From contig OY970382.1 of the NCBI GenBank assembly GCA_963719425.1, forward strand, positions 813,833 through 877,832: DNA of 64,000 nucleotides, in the 5' to 3' direction. Shown piece after piece: positions 57,817-64,000 of the stretch (its first letter is position 1; every line of letters starts with the position of its first letter). The translations under genes were made by a program, and so were the position numbers. This stretch comes from an uncultured bacterium (lineage in GTDB: Bacteria > Patescibacteriota > Minisyncoccia > UBA6257 > 2-01-FULL-56-20). The notes beneath the pieces were generated by a model. The model worked only from the letters and a program-made list of their open reading frames with translations, was not told the origin of the DNA and ran no database searches.

Positions 57817-59025
57817 ATGAGGAGGATTTATCTTGACTACGCGGCGTCCACGCCGGTTGATCCGGAGGTTCTGCGCGCGATGATGCCGTATTTTTCCGAG
57901 CGGTTCGGCAACCCCGGTTCGCTCCACACGTTTGGGCAGGAGGCGATTGCGGCGTTGGATCGTTCGCGCGAAACAATCGCGAGGGCGCTCGGCGCCGATT
58001 TTCGGCAGATAATCTTTACCGCCTCCGCGACAGAAGCGAACAACCTCGCCCTTCGTGGCGCGGTGCGGCGGTTTCGGATGGCGTATAATCTGTCCGGCCG
58101 ACACGAGAGGCGTGCGGCGCCGCGCCTCATTGTTTCTGCAATTGAGCATGAGTCGGTTTTGGAGACCGCGCGAGACCTTGGACGCGAGGGCGTCCGCGTG
58201 ACGTATGTGCCGGTAAGCGTGCGCGGAATCGCAGATTTAAAAAAGATCAAAAAAAGCTTGACACAGGAAACCGCGCTCGTATCGGTTATGTATGCCAATA
58301 ACGAGGTCGGGACAGTGCAGCCGCTCAAGGAGATTGCGGCGCTGATCAAGGATTTCAGAAATCAAATTTCTGGCCAGAAACCGGTAATCGGTGACCGGTT
58401 ACCGGCATTTCACGCCGATGCTGCACAAGCGTTCCAGTTTCTGGATTGCAATGCGAATGCGCTTGGCGTGGATTTCATGACTATCTCTTCGCACAAAATT
58501 CATGGCCCGAAGGGTGCGGGCGCGCTTTTTGTGCGTGACGCGGCGGACATGCTTCTGCCGATTGTTGGGGGCGGTGGGCAGGAATTCGGGCTTCGTTCGG
58601 GTACGGAGAATGTTCCCGCGATCGTCGGCTTCGCAAAGGCGGTTGAACTTGCGGCGGCGCGGCGGGAGAGCGAAACAAAACGGATTGCCGCGCTCCGCGA
58701 TCGTCTGTGGGGCGGACTGAAAGATATTTTTCCCGAGGCAGAGACGAACGGATCAGAAAATAAAGGAGAAAGATTGCCAAATATCCTTAATGTATATTTC
58801 CCCGGAAAAGCGGCGCAGGACCTGCTCACCAAATTTGATCTGTGCGGTCTCGCCGCGTCCTCCGGTTCCGCTTGCCGCTCGCGCGCGATGGAATCCTCAT
58901 ACGTCATTCACGCGCTTGGCCATTCAAAAGAGCGTGCGAAGGAGAGTATTCGCTTCAGTTTGGGCCGCCCGACGACAGAAAGGGAAGTGGAAGAGGCGTT
59001 AAAAATAGTAAAGGCAGCGTTATAA
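57817..59025 (+). CDS. iscS: Cysteine desulfurase (IscS/NifS class)
   Basis: PLP-lysine region SSHKIHGPKGAGALFV and catalytic Cys loop SSGSACRS. Confidence 0.85.
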   Translation: MRRIYLDYAASTPVDPEVLRAMMPYFSERFGNPGSLHTFGQEAIAALDRSRETIARALGADFRQIIFTASATEANNLALRGAVRRFRMAYNLSGRHERRAAPRLIVSAIEHESVLETARDLGREGVRVTYVPVSVRGIADLKKIKKSLTQETALVSVMYANNEVGTVQPLKEIAALIKDFRNQISGQKPVIGDRLPAFHADAAQAFQFLDCNANALGVDFMTISSHKIHGPKGAGALFVRDAADMLLPIVGGGGQEFGLRSGTENVPAIVGFAKAVELAAARRESETKRIAALRDRLWGGLKDIFPEAETNGSENKGERLPNILNVYFPGKAAQDLLTKFDLCGLAASSGSACRSRAMESSYVIHALGHSKERAKESIRFSLGRPTTEREVEEALKIVKAAL

Positions 59026-59151
59026 AACCTTCGGAGAGCTTGAATAAATGAAACAAAAATGGGGCTTTGTGAGCAGTAATAAGCGTGCGCATACGATTGC
59101 GAAACTTTTCTCCGCCAGCCTCGTACTATAAAATAAAGAATAAAAAAACTC

Positions 59152-60450
59152 ATGAACGGCGGCAATAATAAAAAGACACTGGCAGTCTTCGTAGGCGTCC
59201 TTGTAATAGGGCTTCTCTTAGGTGTCGCAATCAGCGCGCCGCAGGCGCGGGCGAACGTATTCACCGATTTTTTCAGCAGGCTGTTTTCTCCGTTTGTGGG
59301 GCAGTCGCCGCCTGCGAGTTCTTCCACAAACGCTGCCATAGGCGGCGCTTCCTCGTCGGTTCCCTTATATCAGCCGGTCATTGACTATGAGCAGGCGGTG
59401 GTTGACGCCGTGAAGAAAGCGTCGCCTGCGGTGGTTTCCATCGTGATTTCCAAAAACGTTCCTATCGTTGAACAATGTCCCTACAATCCATTCAGCAACC
59501 TTCCGCCGGAGTTTCAGCAGTTTTTCGGGAATGATCTTCAGGAGCTCACCCAGCCATGCGATACGGGAAAAACCCAGCTTCAGCAAGTGGGTGGCGGCAG
59601 CGGTTTCATCATTTCTTCAGACGGCTTGATTCTTACTAATAAGCATGTCGTATCTGATGCAAGCGCATCCTATACCGTGATTACGAGTGATGGTACAAAA
59701 TATAATGCGACGATTTTGGCCCGCGACCCAAATCAGGATTTGGCGGTCGTAAAAATCAAGACGACGGGATTGCCAACCGTTGCTCTGGGCGATTCGGATA
59801 GTTTGGAACTCGGCCAGACGGCGATCGCGATCGGGAACGCGCTCGGCGAATTCTCCAACACGGTTTCCGTCGGCGTGATCTCTGGGCTCGCGCGGACAGT
59901 GACCGCTTCCGCGCCCGACACGGGAACGCAGGAGACCATCCAGGGCGTCATCCAAACCGACGCCGCGATCAATCCGGGCAACTCGGGCGGTCCGCTCCTC
60001 AATCTGCGCGGGGAGGTAATCGGCATCAACACCGCAATTGCATCCAACGCGGAGAACATCGGCTTCGCGATCCCCGTGAATCGCGCGAAGCACGACATCA
60101 GTTCAGTAGAAACGTCAGGCGAGCTCCAAACGCCCTACCTCGGCGTGCGGTATCTCGCGGTCACCCCGGACGTTGCGACGCAGCAGAAACTTCCCGTTGA
60201 CTACGGCGCGCTCGTCCGCGGCAGTGATCAAGGATCGGCCGTGGAGCCGAATTCCCCCGCGGCGAAAGCGGGAATCCAAGCGGAAGACATCATCCTTTCC
60301 GTGAACGGCCAAAAAATTGACAGCAGCCACGACCTCGGCACGGTAATTTCGCAATTCAACGTGGGCGATACCGTGACGCTTACAATCAACCGGGGCGGGA
60401 AGACAATCACGCTCCAGGCCACGCTCGCAGAGCGGCCCACGACACAGTAG
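59152..60450 (+). CDS. HtrA/DegP-family serine protease with a C-terminal PDZ domain
   Basis: Signal anchor, catalytic H (TNKHVV), D, and GNSGGPL serine motif, followed by a PDZ domain. Confidence 0.85.
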   Translation: MNGGNNKKTLAVFVGVLVIGLLLGVAISAPQARANVFTDFFSRLFSPFVGQSPPASSSTNAAIGGASSSVPLYQPVIDYEQAVVDAVKKASPAVVSIVISKNVPIVEQCPYNPFSNLPPEFQQFFGNDLQELTQPCDTGKTQLQQVGGGSGFIISSDGLILTNKHVVSDASASYTVITSDGTKYNATILARDPNQDLAVVKIKTTGLPTVALGDSDSLELGQTAIAIGNALGEFSNTVSVGVISGLARTVTASAPDTGTQETIQGVIQTDAAINPGNSGGPLLNLRGEVIGINTAIASNAENIGFAIPVNRAKHDISSVETSGELQTPYLGVRYLAVTPDVATQQKLPVDYGALVRGSDQGSAVEPNSPAAKAGIQAEDIILSVNGQKIDSSHDLGTVISQFNVGDTVTLTINRGGKTITLQATLAERPTTQ

Positions 60451-60703
60451 AGGGAGGACAAAAGCATTTTTTCAGTATTTATTAAAAAACTCCTCACGCG
60501 GAGAAGTTGTTTAGTATGCCTGCCACCAGCCCGAAGGCCGGTCAGGGGCTACCGCCCCGCAGGCATGGTTTTATGGTAATGCTGCCGCATGGAAAGTCAA
60601 ACACTGTTTAATATTTTTTTAATGATTTTTTGTGCACGGGCTTGGACGATCTTGAACGATTTTGGGGTGTTATTACGCTAAATCTCTGTGCGCTCGAGTG
60701 ATA

Positions 60704-61033
60704 CTATCTTTTTCCGAATAATTCATTTATTTCCCTTGTTACTTCTTTTTCTACCGGAGCAACATATTGGTCGTAACGCTCCCGAAATGCTTCATAAGAA
60801 GACCTGTCTCCCCAGTCACTATTTTTTAAAGCCTCAAGGATTTCCAAGGCTCCCGGATCGGCGATTTGCTTTTCTTTTAATGCTTTTTCAAGTCTCTCTG
60901 TCGCGACGCCCTGAATCTTACGAACCTCGGCAACGTCTCTATGTGACTTTCCTGCGTGGAACAATCTCCCCTCGATGATATGATTTCCCACAATATGTCT
61001 TATCCACTGAATCGCATCTTGATTCTCTATCAT
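60704..61033 (-). CDS. Hypothetical 109-aa protein
   Basis: ORF only. Contains an R-x5-H (IRHIVGNHI) segment weakly reminiscent of the HEPN motif. Confidence 0.35.
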   Translation of the reverse strand: MIENQDAIQWIRHIVGNHIIEGRLFHAGKSHRDVAEVRKIQGVATERLEKALKEKQIADPGALEILEALKNSDWGDRSSYEAFRERYDQYVAPVEKEVTREINELFGKR

Positions 61034-61221
61034 GACTTATAAAGTCTACATCAAATCCATAGCACAAAACAAATCTAAAGACTTTTTTTCGTGCACAGGG
61101 CGAGATTCGAACGGATAAAATGGAGTCCGGCATGCACTCCATTAGCAATCTCCCCCTGAGATTGACAATCGGCGTTTTTGAAACTAAAATGGTCCTATCG
61201 CGGTATAATTACTATACAGAC

Positions 61222-63879
61222 ATGCCAAATTTTCATCGTTTCACCATAAAAGCCCAGGAGGCATTGCAGAACGCGCAGGAGATCGCCGCGAAGAAAAATC
61301 ACGGCGAGTTGAAAGGGCTCCATCTTCTCGCCGCGCTTTTGGAAGACGGGCAGTCCCTCGTCATCCCCGTCTTGGAACGTTCGGGCGTGAATCTGGAGAA
61401 GCTCCACGAGCACATAGAACTTGAACTGGACCGCATTCCGCCGATTCTTGCGAACTCAAACGTCGGGCAGCTCTACCTCTCGCAGGAATTGATGAAGGTG
61501 CTGGATCAATCGGCGAAAATCGCGGTGCAGCAGAAGGACGAATTCGTTTCGTGCGAACATCTGCTTTTGGCGCTTCTGGATGTGGCGGGCAGCGCAAAAA
61601 GCATTTTGGAAAAATTCGGCGTGCGGCGCGAGACGGCGTTCCGCGTCTTGGCGCAGCTCCGCGGTTCCATGCGCGTGACGGACGAGACGCCGGAGAGCAA
61701 ATTCCAGGTTTTGGAAAAATACGCCATCAATTTGAGCGACAAGGCGAAGGCGGGGCAGCTGGATCCCGTGATCGGGCGCGAAGAAGAATTGCGGCGCGTG
61801 ATGCAGGTCTTGTCGCGGCGCACGAAGAACAATCCATGCCTGATCGGCGAACCAGGCGTAGGGAAAACGGCCATTGTGGAGGGTTTGGCGCAGCGCATAG
61901 CGGCGGGGGATGTCCCGGAGCCTCTGAAGGGTAAACAAGTTTTGATGCTTGATCTCGGATCCCTCATTGCGGGCACAAAGTTCCGTGGCGAATTTGAAGA
62001 CCGCCTGAAGGCATTTATGAAAGAGATAAAGAACGCCGCAGGGCAGATCATTCTTTTTATAGATGAGATACACACGATCGTGGGCGCGGGCGCGGCAGAG
62101 GGCGCGATTGATGCCTCCAATTTATTGAAGCCGGCGCTTTCTCGCGGCGAACTCCATGCCGTCGGCGCGACGACTATCCGCGAATATCAGAAATATATAG
62201 AGAAGGATGCGGCGTTGGAGCGGCGCTTCCAGCCGATCATGGTGGAGGAGCCGTCTATAGATGACTCCATCGCGATCCTGCGCGGCCTTAAGGAAAAATA
62301 CGAGATTCATCATGGGATGCGCATCAGCGACGAAGCCATTATAGAGGCGGTCAATTTGTCCGCGCGCTACATCACGGATCGGTTTTTGCCGGATAAAGCG
62401 GTGGACCTGATTGACGAGGCGATGGCGGCGCGGCGATTGGAATCGGAGAGCCTGCCGAAAGAAATTGACACGATCCGCCGCGAGATCACGAAGCTTGAGA
62501 TAGAAAAACAGGCGCTCACCAAGGAAAACGGAAAAACGAGCGATCGCGTAAAAGAAATAGACAAAGAGATTGCGAGGCTGAAAGAGCAAAATGATGAACT
62601 TTCCGCCAAGTGGCATTCGGAGAAAATAAAATTTGAAACATTGCATCAGTTGCGGCAGAAAGTGGACAATTTGAAGCGCGAGGCGGAGATCGCCGAGCGG
62701 GAGGGAAACCTGGAGCGCGTGGCGCAGATCACGTACGGCGAACTCCCGCAGGCCGAAAAGGACTTCGCGAGCTTTGAAAAGAAGAATTTCGGCGGACCGA
62801 AGGGCGGCAAAAAAGGAAGGGCGGGCACGAACGCCCAGGGCGACCGTTTCCTCAAAGAGTCGGTGGACAAGGAAGACGTCGCGGCGGTGGTTTCGGTTTG
62901 GACCGGCATTCCTTTAAGGAGGATGCTTGAGACGGATTCGGAGAAGCTCATAAAAATAGAAGAGGTACTCCACGAGCGGGTGGTGGGTCAGGATGAGGCC
63001 ATCGGCGCCGTCGCGTCGGCCTTGCGCCGGTCACGCGCGGGACTTTCGGACGAGAACCGGCCAATCGGTTCGTTCATGTTCCTTGGTCCCACAGGAGTAG
63101 GGAAGACCGAGCTCGCGAAGGCGCTCGCGGAGTTCATGTTCAACGACGAAAAGGCGCTGGTGCGCATAGACATGTCGGAATACATGGAGCGCCACGCCAC
63201 CTCCCGCCTCATCGGTTCGCCACCGGGCTACGTCGGCCACGAGGAAGGCGGCCAGCTTACGGAGATGCTGCGCCACCGGCCGTACAGCTTGATCCTCTTT
63301 GATGAGATAGAAAAGGCCCATCCGGAGGTATTCAATTTGCTTCTCCAAGTGCTGGACAACGGGCGGCTCACGGATAGCAAAGGGAAAACGGTGAATTTCA
63401 AGAACACGATCATCATTATGACGTCCAATGTCGGCAGCCAATATCTGAAGGCCATGTCGCGGATCGGGTTCAGCGCTCCGACTGCAGAGGAGTCCTCGGC
63501 AGAAGAAGGGGACTATCGGGACAAAGTGATGGACGCCCTTAAAAACAACTTCCGGCCGGAGTTCCTGAACCGCATTGACGACATTGTCATTTTCAACCCC
63601 CTGCACAAGAAGGAAATCCAGAAGATCGTGGACTTGCAAATCGCGCTCATAGAAAAGCGCCTGAAAGAGCGGGGCATCGCGCTCACGATAGAACCCTTGG
63701 CGCGAGAATATCTTGCGCAGTCGGGATTCAGCGCGGAGTTCGGCGCCCGTCCCTTGAAGCGGCTCATGCAGAAGGTTATCCTTGATAAGTTGGCGGACAA
63801 GATCATTCGCGGCGAATTCAAGGATGGAGGCAAAGTTAAAGTCAATTTCAAGGCGGATTCATTGGTCTTTAGTTCTTAA
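61222..63879 (+). CDS. clpB: Chaperone ClpB (Hsp100 disaggregase)
   Basis: N-domain, two AAA modules (GEPGVGKT; GPTGVGKT), a middle coiled-coil, and a C-terminal D2-small domain. Start trimmed to [16 protein letters not shown]. Confidence 0.9.
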   Translation: MPNFHRFTIKAQEALQNAQEIAAKKNHGELKGLHLLAALLEDGQSLVIPVLERSGVNLEKLHEHIELELDRIPPILANSNVGQLYLSQELMKVLDQSAKIAVQQKDEFVSCEHLLLALLDVAGSAKSILEKFGVRRETAFRVLAQLRGSMRVTDETPESKFQVLEKYAINLSDKAKAGQLDPVIGREEELRRVMQVLSRRTKNNPCLIGEPGVGKTAIVEGLAQRIAAGDVPEPLKGKQVLMLDLGSLIAGTKFRGEFEDRLKAFMKEIKNAAGQIILFIDEIHTIVGAGAAEGAIDASNLLKPALSRGELHAVGATTIREYQKYIEKDAALERRFQPIMVEEPSIDDSIAILRGLKEKYEIHHGMRISDEAIIEAVNLSARYITDRFLPDKAVDLIDEAMAARRLESESLPKEIDTIRREITKLEIEKQALTKENGKTSDRVKEIDKEIARLKEQNDELSAKWHSEKIKFETLHQLRQKVDNLKREAEIAEREGNLERVAQITYGELPQAEKDFASFEKKNFGGPKGGKKGRAGTNAQGDRFLKESVDKEDVAAVVSVWTGIPLRRMLETDSEKLIKIEEVLHERVVGQDEAIGAVASALRRSRAGLSDENRPIGSFMFLGPTGVGKTELAKALAEFMFNDEKALVRIDMSEYMERHATSRLIGSPPGYVGHEEGGQLTEMLRHRPYSLILFDEIEKAHPEVFNLLLQVLDNGRLTDSKGKTVNFKNTIIIMTSNVGSQYLKAMSRIGFSAPTAEESSAEEGDYRDKVMDALKNNFRPEFLNRIDDIVIFNPLHKKEIQKIVDLQIALIEKRLKERGIALTIEPLAREYLAQSGFSAEFGARPLKRLMQKVILDKLADKIIRGEFKDGGKVKVNFKADSLVFSS

Positions 63880-64000
63880 GGCCGCGGTTTTCGCGCTCGC
63901 GTGGCTCTGGCTCCCGTTCCCGCTTTTCTTTTTGATTGCACTGTATCTTTATTTTGTGCCGCTGTTCCAATCCGGGAAGCTGGCATTCCCCTTTTTTGTG

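Noticed and set aside
1-64000. The many 60-300 aa ORFs in the six-frame track that lie antisense to or nested within long conserved genes (for example 3608..4504, 9340..10212, 27644..28903, 47912..49078, 51456..52277)
   Set aside because: High GC content gives long spurious open frames. These translate to Arg/Ala/Pro-rich low-complexity sequence and overlap genes with strong family signatures on the other strand.

Overview
This 64-kb window is a gene-dense bacterial chromosome segment (about 57% GC, standard genetic code, mostly long ORFs with short intergenic gaps). The repertoire suggests a small-genome, possibly Patescibacteria/CPR-like organism. It includes a membrane H+-pyrophosphatase, single copies of core genes, orphan secreted proteins and an intron-containing tRNA. 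That taxonomic placement is inference only. Housekeeping genes include rsmA (partial), a UvrD-family helicase, comM, nusA, hppA, clpP, tyrS, ftsH, ahcY, folA, thyA, dcd, glyA, folD, rpsA, gyrA, rpsO, pnp, recA, ftsK, a phosphohexomutase, a cysteine desulfurase, htrA and clpB. There are eight tRNA genes: Gly-UCC, Ile-UAU, His-GUG with an encoded G-1, Val-UAC, Arg-UCU, Pro-UGG, Leu-UAG, and one split tRNA. The split tRNA is read as tRNA-Phe(GAA) interrupted in its anticodon loop by a compact (~204 nt) group-I-like intron. An accessory-looking block at 35.8-43.4 kb stands out. It starts with an orphan solute-binding protein. This is followed by a tandem array of seven paralogous small secreted proteins whose two-helix hydrophobic cores resemble VirB2/TrbC conjugative pilins. 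Two of the seven are fused to extra ectodomains. The block ends with two hypothetical proteins, a tRNA-Leu gene and an adjacent XerC/D-type tyrosine recombinase. No secretion ATPase lies nearby. Other unusual signals are a 380-bp AT-rich island with phased TTGCCGG repeats, a 31-nt motif in both the 5' leader and the terminator loop of rpsA, and a 28-bp tandem duplication spanning a stop codon. No CRISPR arrays, rRNA genes or recognisable phage structural genes were seen.
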